From Escherichia phage vB_Eco_SLUR25: DNA of 58,998 bases. Positions 7,790 through 16,408 of the stretch are shown in pieces. Each line of letters opens with the position of its first letter. Within the stretch, counting starts at the first letter, position 1. Below the pieces are notes generated by a model. That model worked only from the letters and a program-made list of their open reading frames with translations, was not told the origin of the DNA and ran no database searches. The position numbers and the translations under genes were made by a program. The DNA is taken from sequence record LT907986.1; one strand, given 5' to 3'.

Positions 7790-8698
7790 TCAATCTTTCC
7801 CGTAATAATTAGCTACTTGATAGTTTTGACAACCAACTTTCTGCCCTTGCGTATCCACTGCGGCGGAATGGAAATTGCAATACCATGTTCCATCTTCTTT
7901 TGGTTCAAGGAATTGGCATGTGCGGCAGTTTACTTCCGGCATAGTTTTACGCCAGCATAGTGAGGAGTGATCGCACCATTTACATTCGAAGAAAGTGGAA
8001 TCTTTAAATGCGCGGTCCGGAATATCTGTAGCAATAGCAATCTGCACACCACGATCAATATACATGTCCGCGGTAACAGGATCAAACGGAATAATTTCTG
8101 CGTAAACTTCATCGTCATTCTTGTTTACAGCAAGATATAACGCTGCGCCAAGACCTAGTTTTCGCATGTACACGTTCATCTGTACATAGTGCTCAGGTTT
8201 GGCTTCTTTAACACCTTTAGCTTTCAGCTTTTTAAAAGACTTATCGTTATGCGTCTTCATTTCGGTGAGCACAGGCATCCCAGGCTGCACGTCCGGACAA
8301 CCTATAACCACACCATCGCAGGAACCGCCAAAGTGTCCGCCAGCTTCGCTGATACGGAACTGGTGTCCATTTTCGTCCTGCTGATAGACCTGCATACCTG
8401 CCGCAAGAAGCATAGCAATGAAACGCGCTTCTTCCAGATGTCCGCGGTTAAACAGTCGAAGCTGGCGTCCGTCAAACTCTTTGCGTGTAGCCCAGCGATA
8501 TCCATAGAAAAGCTTGCGTGCGCATTGCTGCCCAATAAGGGAAGCGCCTAAGTGACTGCGGTTACCGCTTTCAGGGCGATAAGCGTCTTCAATTGTGGGA
8601 ATGACTACGCCAAGATACTTACGGTAAGTCCCACCCTGATCTTTTTGCACACCGTCATTGATCGCTTGAAGTGTTTTTTCTGCAATATAAATAGCCAT
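7790..8698 (-). CDS. PD-(D/E)xK exonuclease, Cas4-like with Fe-S cysteine cluster
   Basis: 302 aa; D...EMK nuclease-like motif; N-terminal Cys plus C-terminal CxxCx5C (CKWCDHSSLC), the Cas4/RecB-family pattern. Confidence 0.6.
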   Translation of the reverse strand: MAIYIAEKTLQAINDGVQKDQGGTYRKYLGVVIPTIEDAYRPESGNRSHLGASLIGQQCARKLFYGYRWATRKEFDGRQLRLFNRGHLEEARFIAMLLAAGMQVYQQDENGHQFRISEAGGHFGGSCDGVVIGCPDVQPGMPVLTEMKTHNDKSFKKLKAKGVKEAKPEHYVQMNVYMRKLGLGAALYLAVNKNDDEVYAEIIPFDPVTADMYIDRGVQIAIATDIPDRAFKDSTFFECKWCDHSSLCWRKTMPEVNCRTCQFLEPKEDGTWYCNFHSAAVDTQGQKVGCQNYQVANYYGKD

Positions 8699-8763
8699 TG
8701 GAATACCTTAGAAAAATAAGCCGTCTTTCGACGGCTTATGGACACTACAGAGGGAGGGTTATC

Positions 8764-9645
8764 TTACTGCTGCCACGGCGGGACTGCTGCTTGTGCTGGA
8801 TGCGGTTCAGCTTGCTGCTGCGGCTGAGCTTGCTGCTGAGGCGCTGCTGCCTGACCCGGCTGTGCTACCTGCTGCGCCCACGGCTGCTGGGCTGCTTCCG
8901 GTGCTACTGGCTGTTGTACCGGAGCTTGCTGCACTGGCTGCTGTGGTGCTGCGTTTTGAGCAGGATTATCCCACGGCTGCGGTGCGGCATTCTGCCACGG
9001 TTGTGCTGCTGCGCCCTGCTGTGGTGCTGGTTGCTGCACAGGCTGCTGAACTGGTTGCTGTTGCTGCACCGGAGCTTGCTGCTGAGGCGCTTGCTGTTGC
9101 TGTGCAAACGGGTTAGCTGCTGGTTGCTGAGGTGCTGCGCCCGGGAAAGCTGGCTGCTGTGCTGGCGCACCTGCACCGAACGGGTTAGCTACTGCCGCTT
9201 GAGCACCCATTGCTGGAGCACCTGCTTCTTTTTCTGCATACTTAACCGGATCGTTGATGTTAGCATAACCGTTAGGCTCGTTGCTGTCTTCATAACCTTC
9301 CTGAGAACGAACTTTCAGACGCAGGTTCAGCGGAATGTTATGCAGTTGAGCAGGAGTATCCCAGCGAATTACGCCAACCGCATGGGAAAGCGCGCCCAGT
9401 TGTTCGTATGCGATACGCACAGTATCTTCGTTGTCGTTGATAACATTGTAACGAGCAAAGATTTTACGACCTTTAGCAAAACCATCAATGATGCTAAACG
9501 TTACCTGGATCGCCATACCGCCATTTTTGGTCGGTTTAAATTCAGATGCTTCAATTACTGCTTTATACCAACCTTTCGGCAATGCGCCGTAAGAAGGTGC
9601 TTGATAGCTGCTCGCGTCAAAGTGGAAATTAGTTGGCATAGTCAT
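8764..9645 (-). CDS. DUF669-like (SSB-like) recombination-associated protein with long Gln/Pro/Ala-rich C-terminal tail
   Basis: Globular N-terminal ~130 aa followed by ~160 aa of QQP/QPW low complexity; immediately downstream of Sak4-like ATPase with TAATG overlap. Confidence 0.5.
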   Translation of the reverse strand: MTMPTNFHFDASSYQAPSYGALPKGWYKAVIEASEFKPTKNGGMAIQVTFSIIDGFAKGRKIFARYNVINDNEDTVRIAYEQLGALSHAVGVIRWDTPAQLHNIPLNLRLKVRSQEGYEDSNEPNGYANINDPVKYAEKEAGAPAMGAQAAVANPFGAGAPAQQPAFPGAAPQQPAANPFAQQQQAPQQQAPVQQQQPVQQPVQQPAPQQGAAAQPWQNAAPQPWDNPAQNAAPQQPVQQAPVQQPVAPEAAQQPWAQQVAQPGQAAAPQQQAQPQQQAEPHPAQAAVPPWQQ

Positions 9646-10373
9646 TAGTTAATACCTTTCATTTTGTTGATAACAGAACCTAAGTGTGGGACTTCAACCG
9701 CATCTAAACGTCCCGAACGATCCTTAGCGATTGTATTAAAGTCCGGTTGAGTTTGCAAGTAACGATACGAGTTACCTTGCTGATCCTTATTTACATTCAG
9801 ACGAAATACTTCGTCGAAGAAGTAAGGGAGCATTTGCCCCAATTTGGATCCAGGCATAGATGGAGCATACGCGGTAACACCGGAGACTTCATCTTTGTCT
9901 TTGCCCATTTTAGCAGACATATAAACATGTTTGCCAGGAATATCGCGAAATTTACGGATCAGATCTTGCATCTTTTCAAGCAAAGTACCATAAGCTTGAC
10001 GAGGATCTTTCGTTCCCTTTTTCGCGTTGTTTAAACATTGTTCAGCAATTTCGCTCAAGCTGTCAAGCGCAATAGAATCGAAATACTGCTGGTTAGCTGG
10101 AGTTACGCACCACTGATAAGCCGCTTCAACGTCTTCCAGACATTTCACTTCAATTACCGGAATATCGTAAACGATGGGCAAACCCATGTTACCATAAACA
10201 CGGTTAAGGTTTTCCGCTGCAATAGACAACAGACCGGATTCTGCGCTGATTAAAATTGGTTTAGGTAGTGTGGCTACAAGGCTGGTTTTACCCATACCTG
10301 CTTCACCGTAAACCAGAATTTTAACACCTGTGTCCTGCACAACTTGTGAAGACATTTTAATTTCAATGGCCAT
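9645..10373 (-). CDS. Sak4-like RecA-fold ATPase (phage recombination protein)
   Basis: 242 aa; Walker A GEAGMGKTS near N-terminus; size and context typical of phage Sak4/AAA_24. Confidence 0.6.
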   Translation of the reverse strand: MAIEIKMSSQVVQDTGVKILVYGEAGMGKTSLVATLPKPILISAESGLLSIAAENLNRVYGNMGLPIVYDIPVIEVKCLEDVEAAYQWCVTPANQQYFDSIALDSLSEIAEQCLNNAKKGTKDPRQAYGTLLEKMQDLIRKFRDIPGKHVYMSAKMGKDKDEVSGVTAYAPSMPGSKLGQMLPYFFDEVFRLNVNKDQQGNSYRYLQTQPDFNTIAKDRSGRLDAVEVPHLGSVINKMKGIN

Positions 10374-10438
10374 TTAACGCCTCTCTTTTAAGTTCGCGCT
10401 CATTGTAACGTAATATACTTTGAACCCTCAATTACTTT

Positions 10439-11365
10439 TTAATCTAAAGCCTGATCACTTTCATCGCGGAAATGCATAAAGTTTGCAAAACGCGGTTTAT
10501 CTTTCACGCCATGAGGGAAGTGTTTATATGAAATAGTCCGACCTTTAATTTTGTCAGGGTTATTCCAATAATAAATCTTATCCTCTTGCGTTAGTTTACC
10601 AGGACTAACGTTGATTGTATTACCCGTCTTAACGTCTTTACAAACCAACGTCCCGATCATACCGTTAGGAACTTTATTTTCCTGATGCGAAGATCGTGTA
10701 GTCCTGCCCAGCTCGTTAACAGTAGCTTCATTAAGGTTAGTTTCACCCTCAATAATATCAAGGACAATAGCATCTTCCTGAATAAAGCGTTTAATACGAA
10801 GATATCCACCTTCACGAACTGTGCCGCGCCCATGTTTATAAGGCTTGTCAGGATCGCGGATAATAATACCTTCATAACCCATATCAAGCCAGATGTTTTC
10901 CCAGTAGAGCAACTCTTCTAAAGACTTAACCACATACATTGGCACAACTTGCAGGTCGAGCAATTCACCTTTCGCGTGCTGTGTGGTTATAAAATCTTTC
11001 ATCATGTTGTAGCGGGCTTCATAGCCCAGCTCTGCAACACTCTCAGCGCACAGATCAAAGATGTGCCATTTCAGGAACGGTTCACCTTCAATTGTGTTTA
11101 CCGCACTGGTTGTTTTACGACACAGGTCTGGATCTGTTTCCACCCCTGCCGCAAGCTCACCGTCATAGCCCATGTATTGAGAACCGCTGAAAATTGCGCT
11201 GGTATGGCGGTTTTTAAACAGCTTTAAGCTTCGCCCTACTATCTGCCCGTCCGGATTTAAACCGCGTACACCGTCGATTTTAGGCAGTATACAGCACGGA
11301 AACTTAATCTTTTCTTCAACCGCGTCAGTCGCTAAATGTGGTTTAAATGCCATTGTTAACCTCAT
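10439..11365 (-). CDS. ATP-dependent DNA ligase
   Basis: Adenylation motif KIDGVRG (KxDG); length ~300 aa typical of small phage ligases; ATGA overlap with upstream gene. Confidence 0.8.
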   Translation of the reverse strand: MRLTMAFKPHLATDAVEEKIKFPCCILPKIDGVRGLNPDGQIVGRSLKLFKNRHTSAIFSGSQYMGYDGELAAGVETDPDLCRKTTSAVNTIEGEPFLKWHIFDLCAESVAELGYEARYNMMKDFITTQHAKGELLDLQVVPMYVVKSLEELLYWENIWLDMGYEGIIIRDPDKPYKHGRGTVREGGYLRIKRFIQEDAIVLDIIEGETNLNEATVNELGRTTRSSHQENKVPNGMIGTLVCKDVKTGNTINVSPGKLTQEDKIYYWNNPDKIKGRTISYKHFPHGVKDKPRFANFMHFRDESDQALD

Positions 11366-11985
11366 TCATAATAATCATGTTGATGAGAACTGCCACGTAT
11401 ACCGCAACGTTCTAAAAGTATTGCAGCTTTTTGAGCTTTCTCTTTCATACGGGTATTACGGCGTAAATGTCCGCTACCCTTTTTAGGTCTATTTTCCTTT
11501 TTCTTTGCTTCGGAAATAAGCTCTTTGCATTCCTGCAAACGGATCTTGCTTCTTTCCAATCGCATAGCAGAACGCGCACGTTCATCGCAAAATCTTTGGG
11601 CTTTACTACGCTGGTCCTGATTAGCTGTATGACCTTTAACGTGGCGAAACTCAATAGTAAGATTATATTTACGAAGTTGATCGTTCAACCATTTGAAAGC
11701 TACACCTTCCTGTTCACTTTTCCAGCTTGCCTCTTTATACACTTTAATAGCGGTTGAACAATCTGTTTGCACAATTAAATGATCGCCTGGATGGATTAAT
11801 TTAGCCTTCATTCCCTCCCAAATAACATTACAGATTGCCATTGTTTCAGCTGCATTATTATCAGGAGCGCCACGTAACGGTCCACCGTTAGCGTTATTTC
11901 CACGGTTGCACACTACCCATCCACCGTATCCCGCAGCTTTTGTATTTGGACAAAAACTTGCATCAGATATAATTGTTACTCTCAT
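11362..11985 (-). CDS. RNase H-like nuclease
   Basis: 207 aa; ISDAS, TDCSTAI and VKGHT segments resemble RNase HI catalytic motifs; basic C-terminal extension. Confidence 0.55.
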   Translation of the reverse strand: MRVTIISDASFCPNTKAAGYGGWVVCNRGNNANGGPLRGAPDNNAAETMAICNVIWEGMKAKLIHPGDHLIVQTDCSTAIKVYKEASWKSEQEGVAFKWLNDQLRKYNLTIEFRHVKGHTANQDQRSKAQRFCDERARSAMRLERSKIRLQECKELISEAKKKENRPKKGSGHLRRNTRMKEKAQKAAILLERCGIRGSSHQHDYYE

Positions 11986-12026
11986 TGTTTATCCTTAATA
12001 AAAAGGGGTCTGTTGACCCCTTATAG

Positions 12027-12257
12027 TTATGCAGGAATGGATTCTTGCGGTGCTTCCGGAATAACAATCTCAATCTCTTCCTCATTCTGGAAGGTTAGTC
12101 GAAACCCGTCTCCTGGACGCCCGAAAGCAAAGGTAAGGGCTATCGTATTATCCTGCTCGTAATGACAGATACTTTCTACTTTCATTTCGTTACCGTAAAA
12201 GTCACGGTAAATCATTCCAGGTAGCGCATCGGTCGCTTTGATCTTTCTTACAGCCAT
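12027..12257 (-). CDS. hypothetical protein
   Basis: 76 aa ORF in operon context. Confidence 0.4.
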   Translation of the reverse strand: MAVRKIKATDALPGMIYRDFYGNEMKVESICHYEQDNTIALTFAFGRPGDGFRLTFQNEEEIEIVIPEAPQESIPA

Positions 12258-12268
12258 TATTCCCCCGT

Positions 12269-13060
12269 TTACAGTTTGTCTTTGAACTCTTCGATATATT
12301 GCTCGATCGGATACTGCTTACGCTTGAAACGATCAAACAAGATTTTAGCAGATTCTACGTCTTCGTCGCTCTCTTTACTTGCGCCCGGTGCCATAAAATC
12401 ACGCCATGTAAAACCGTTCAGATTATGCATCTTAGCGATGTGCTTGTTGTAACGGCTTTCCCAGTCCACACGCGGACCTTCCATCTTGCGTAAACCGCGC
12501 CCAAGCACCTGTACATACAAATCTTTCTGACGTTGTACAGCTTCACCATTATAAGGTCCGGTTTTAAACTCAACAACACTACCGTTAAGATCTGCACCAT
12601 CCGCAAAGTTGTGTAGCATAGTTTCAATAACGTCATTCAATGTTGGAACCGTCACTTTGCCCTGGGCAATGCCTGCCAAATAACCGACGTTTTCTTCACC
12701 GTACAACTCGATCAGTTCTTTCTTGGTTGCTTCTGCTTCTTTGTTTGCGGACAAAGCCAACATCTGTTGTTCGAACATGTGTTCCTGTTCCAGGAAGTGA
12801 GCATAGCGCTCTTCGTCTACTTTGCACACAATCCATTTATATTCAACATCCTTGCTGAAGTCCGGATACTGATCTACTTCTACTACTTCCGTAGTAAAGA
12901 ACTTGCCGTTATATTGAATAACAACTGTATCGCCCGGCTGCAATTCGTCACTTTCCAGAGCACGGTAGGTATAAAGACGGCCACCCGCTTCAAACTTAAC
13001 TTTGACAGTTACAACGCCTTTTAACAGAGCATGATAAGCTTTCTGAAATTCTTTACGCAT
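12269..13060 (-). CDS. hypothetical protein
   Basis: 263 aa ORF, no recognised motif. Confidence 0.5.
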   Translation of the reverse strand: MRKEFQKAYHALLKGVVTVKVKFEAGGRLYTYRALESDELQPGDTVVIQYNGKFFTTEVVEVDQYPDFSKDVEYKWIVCKVDEERYAHFLEQEHMFEQQMLALSANKEAEATKKELIELYGEENVGYLAGIAQGKVTVPTLNDVIETMLHNFADGADLNGSVVEFKTGPYNGEAVQRQKDLYVQVLGRGLRKMEGPRVDWESRYNKHIAKMHNLNGFTWRDFMAPGASKESDEDVESAKILFDRFKRKQYPIEQYIEEFKDKL

Positions 13061-13102
13061 TTTTAGTTTCCTCTTGGGCGGATTGACTGCCCGTTAATGT
13101 GG

Positions 13103-13513
13103 TTAGGCTTTATTCGGCACAATTTCCAGAGACGCGGAACCAACTTTCGATTCAACGCACTGGTTAAAGACTGCGGCTTGCTCCGCTGTAAGTTTACGCC
13201 AAGCCGCAACTTTCAACACAGGTTTATTTTCCACAAGCTGATCAACGTTAACACCAACTTTAATCAGATCGCCCAGGATTCCGTTAAGGCTTGGAAGATC
13301 AATCTTGCGATCAATCTTGTGAGTCATTTTCATAACCCCGCCAGTAATTTCAACTTTATTAGTCCCTTCAGATGGAGCAGGGAAATAGGACTTAATAATC
13401 TTTTCGCGTAGTGCTCGCTCGCGAGCTTGAAGCTTTTGTAATTCTGCTTTGGTTTTATACCACTCAATTACATCTGCTTCTGTTGCTTGTACTGCTTTAT
13501 CTGCGTCGAACAT
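13103..13513 (-). CDS. hypothetical protein
   Basis: ATG at 13513 (MFDADKAVQ...) preceded by AGAGGAT RBS; ORF-track start at 13573 lacks an RBS. Confidence 0.45.
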   Translation of the reverse strand: MFDADKAVQATEADVIEWYKTKAELQKLQARERALREKIIKSYFPAPSEGTNKVEITGGVMKMTHKIDRKIDLPSLNGILGDLIKVGVNVDQLVENKPVLKVAAWRKLTAEQAAVFNQCVESKVGSASLEIVPNKA

Positions 13514-13754
13514 TTTTCTATCCTCTGTTGTGTTTCGATGTATGTATAATAGCACATCCATGTGACAGGGCAAGACTCAATTCGTATCAATTAATCTTTT
13601 TAAACGGATTTGTAATCTAGCAACCTTCCTCCATTCAGCATCCTCCATTAATGGTGTAGACTTATAGGCTTCAGGTATCGGACAAGGTATATAGGGTTCC
13701 ATGTCAGATATTACTTGCTTTGATAACTTTTTCTTCCGTTTACCCATAAATAGC

Positions 13755-14510
13755 CTATTTCAAATAGCGGGAAGTCATAATTGGATGCAAAGACACTTCT
13801 TCCTCAGATGTAACCACATTGGGCTTCCCTGAGCAAGGCACTTCTAATTCAATTTCAGCTGCCCCACAGACACGGCATTGATGTAATGCAATTTCACCAT
13901 TTCTATCCTTGATGCACTCAGGGGCGTCCGGATCGCTATTAATATATAATTCATGACCGTTTATAAAAGGTCGCATATCCTGTTTACGATAAGCTACACC
14001 CGTTGACCCGAAACCATTAGCACCGCGCTCAGTAGTCTTGAGCTCGTCTACTTCTACCAGTTGCACGCAAGGCACCTTAATAAGCATAGCTTGCGCAATA
14101 CGATCACCATGACTAACGGTAAAACTACCATTATGATCAATAGTAAGCTTAACTTTAACTTCGCCAGTGTAGTCGCTATCGATGACACCTACGCAGTTAG
14201 CCAAACGAACGTCATTTTTGAATCCATGTCCACTCCGGGAATAGACCATAAGCGCATATCCTTTAGGGATATCAAATGCTAACCCTGTACGGAATACGTG
14301 CTCGTAAGAGAAAATGATTTGTTCACAACCGTCTTCACTTTTGAGATCCGCGTGCAGGTCAAAGCAAGCTGCCCCGGCAGTGGCAAACGCTGGTAGAATT
14401 GCCGTGTCAGTTAAACGTTTCACACCGACCGGAATTGTGCTTAATGATGCAGCAAGTTTTTCAACATCAATTGCAAAAGAATTTTTTGTGATATTTAATA
14501 CATCAGTCAT
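13755..14510 (-). CDS. dut: dUTP diphosphatase (dUTPase) with C-terminal Cys-containing extension
   Basis: Motifs YSRSGHG, GVIDSDYTGE, HGDRIAQ typical of trimeric dUTPases; extra ~90 aa C-terminal region with CxxC. Confidence 0.8.
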   Translation of the reverse strand: MTDVLNITKNSFAIDVEKLAASLSTIPVGVKRLTDTAILPAFATAGAACFDLHADLKSEDGCEQIIFSYEHVFRTGLAFDIPKGYALMVYSRSGHGFKNDVRLANCVGVIDSDYTGEVKVKLTIDHNGSFTVSHGDRIAQAMLIKVPCVQLVEVDELKTTERGANGFGSTGVAYRKQDMRPFINGHELYINSDPDAPECIKDRNGEIALHQCRVCGAAEIELEVPCSGKPNVVTSEEEVSLHPIMTSRYLK

Positions 14511-14519
14511 AATTTCACC

Positions 14520-14987
14520 TTATTGAATTGAACCGCGATCAATTAACCATTGTTTCGCGTGCGCTTTAAAGATAATGCGGTAGTCATCGAGACTAATTTC
14601 CGCGCGGATGGAATCTTTAACTTCATACCACTGCCATTCACCATTACTGAAGACAACCGGATTAAGCGGTAGAACGACCTTCCATCCTTTACGTTCTATT
14701 TTATACATCAGAACTGGATATCTGCCAAGCTCTTTAGCAGATTGGACAGTCTGCTTCCACCATGTGTTTACTTGTGGCGTAGCATGGTTTTTTACTTCAA
14801 CCGCATGGTGGCATGTATTGCTGATATCACAACCACCGACAGCACTTTGATTCTGGTTTCGCTGAGCAATAGGTTTTTCCGGTAACTGCATCCCCAGCTC
14901 TGCGTAGATTTCGGCATAAATTGCATTAAAGAAATCACATACTTCCCGCTCACCGCGTTGGCCTTTAGCGCGAATATTTACTGCCAT
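14520..14987 (-). CDS. PD-(D/E)xK nuclease, Holliday-junction-resolvase-like
   Basis: ATG at 14987 with GGAG RBS; GQRGEREV ... GGCD ... VEVK resembles E/D/ExK arrangement of Hjc-type resolvases. Confidence 0.45.
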   Translation of the reverse strand: MAVNIRAKGQRGEREVCDFFNAIYAEIYAELGMQLPEKPIAQRNQNQSAVGGCDISNTCHHAVEVKNHATPQVNTWWKQTVQSAKELGRYPVLMYKIERKGWKVVLPLNPVVFSNGEWQWYEVKDSIRAEISLDDYRIIFKAHAKQWLIDRGSIQ

Positions 14988-15060
14988 GTTTGTCTCCATA
15001 ACTTTAATGTAAAACACTTCATAAAGAATTTTATATTGAAGTTATGTTGATCGCAAGGAA

Positions 15061-15092
15061 CAAAAAAGCCCAGGCATAAGGATTCCTGGGCT
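15061..15092 (-). terminator. rho-independent terminator (minus strand)
   Basis: Stem AGCCCAGG/CCTGGGCT, 10-nt loop, followed on minus strand by TTTTTG. Confidence 0.55.
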
Positions 15093-15404
15093 CTCTTGAT
15101 TGTCGGATAGCTTACTTTGACTGCCGTCTTCGTCTACCCTGGCCTACTTGTACAGCCTCGCCAAAGGCTGGTGACGGTTTGGTACATCTGGCGCCGTCTC
15201 GTTAAACATCGTTTACATCGTTCAGTAAGTTGCGGGTTTACCCTGTCCGCTCCAGGAAGCCCAGCGAAAGTAGTTGCTGTAAGGAGGTACAGCTACCGCT
15301 TTCAAGGGCTTGAGTTAAGCATCGTTCACTAAGTTAATGTTGTTAAATTGTTAAACCTCGTTAACTGTGGTTATCTTAAAGGATGCAGTCTTGAATGGCA
15401 AGCT

Positions 15405-15722
15405 TCAATTTTGCGCGGTTCCCTTTGCCGCTTTTGGTGCTAAAGTACCATCATTTAACATCAACTCAAAACCTGTTACTTGATCGGTTGGAACAATAGG
15501 GTAATTCATAATAGCCATGTGAATACAATGTCCACCGTCACATTCATCGATGTATTCATTACCCCAATAGTATAAATGCCCATCTCTTCGAATATCCATT
15601 GCCGTTGGGAAATCTACAAGAATTCTTTTAATTTCTTTTCGTCCTTCTTTATGCAGATTAGTTTCAATACGGATAAGCTCCGCATAAATTGCTTCACAGA
15701 TAGTGTTTACAATTCCCATCAT
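15405..15722 (-). CDS. hypothetical protein
   Basis: 105 aa ORF. Confidence 0.45.
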   Translation of the reverse strand: MMGIVNTICEAIYAELIRIETNLHKEGRKEIKRILVDFPTAMDIRRDGHLYYWGNEYIDECDGGHCIHMAIMNYPIVPTDQVTGFELMLNDGTLAPKAAKGTAQN

Positions 15723-15916
15723 TTACCCCTTAAGTTTTGAATCATTCTATCACAGGCAGCTTTTACAGAAGAGTTTTGCCAGTCTTCCTCAATTTGTGAA
15801 GGTTCTTCAGGTGAATAAGCAGCACTAATTAGACACTGATTATAACCTTCAATATAAGCCTGCTTTGCTGTATCTATTATTGCTTGTAAAGCAATATTGA
15901 ATAATTGTTGAGACAT
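15719..15916 (-). CDS. small hypothetical protein
   Basis: ATG at 15916 (MSQQLFNIALQ...) with GAGGTG RBS; the longer track ORF to 16090 lacks start support. Confidence 0.4.
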   Translation of the reverse strand: MSQQLFNIALQAIIDTAKQAYIEGYNQCLISAAYSPEEPSQIEEDWQNSSVKAACDRMIQNLRGK

Positions 15917-16157
15917 CTTACACCTCACAGAATATACATAAACCAGAAATAACCAGCTACGAAAATAGCACCCGCAAATAATTTTAAAAGCTCGAACATT
16001 GTTCCCTCCGTCAACTTTATGCTGTAAGTATAGCAGGACTTGCGATGTATGCAACAACTTTAGACTTGAAATACATCTATGAAATAGCACGATTTGCCTT
16101 TACCTCTGATCCGTCTAGCTGTACTATTAACCCATAAACAGAGCGGAGGATTACAAA

Positions 16158-16382
16158 ATGGTCATGCTGAATAAAGTATATAGCACAATGGGCGCGGATT
16201 ATAAAGTTGTACGTCACCCGCGTACTGGTAAATTTGAAGCATATATCCGTCCAATTGGTGAAAGTTGGATGTATTACGGTACTTATGATGATGCTGAGCA
16301 AGCTTATAAAGAAGCGGAAAGTGCCGCGGAAGCATCCGAAATTATGGCAAGGTACGACGTCGATGATTACTACCTTAACTAA
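16158..16382 (+). CDS. AP2-domain DNA-binding protein, encoded on the opposite strand inside the leftward arm
   Basis: 74 aa; GKFEAYIRPIGESWMYYGTYDDAEQAYKEAESAA matches AP2-like pattern; GGAGGA RBS; followed by strong terminator. Confidence 0.55.
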   Translation: MVMLNKVYSTMGADYKVVRHPRTGKFEAYIRPIGESWMYYGTYDDAEQAYKEAESAAEASEIMARYDVDDYYLN

Positions 16383-16387
16383 CAATA

Positions 16388-16405
16388 AAGGGCCTTTCGG
16401 CCCTT
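16388..16405. terminator. bidirectional rho-independent terminator
   Basis: Stem AAGGGCC/GGCCCTT with TTTC loop, T-rich on both sides; lies between convergent genes 16158..16382(+) and 16409..18745(-). Confidence 0.55.
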
Positions 16406-16408
16406 TAT

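Noticed and set aside
8698-9648. 316-aa plus-strand ORF (Leu/Arg/Cys-rich) and further overlapping ORFs 8793..9116 and 8904..9176
   Set aside because: They lie antisense to or out of frame within the repetitive Gln/Pro-coding DNA of the DUF669-like gene and have implausible composition; artefacts of low-complexity sequence
15117-15332. 71-aa plus-strand ORF in the 15061..15404 non-coding segment
   Set aside because: Opposite to operon direction, no RBS, Arg/Val-rich; region better explained as structured non-coding RNA or UTR
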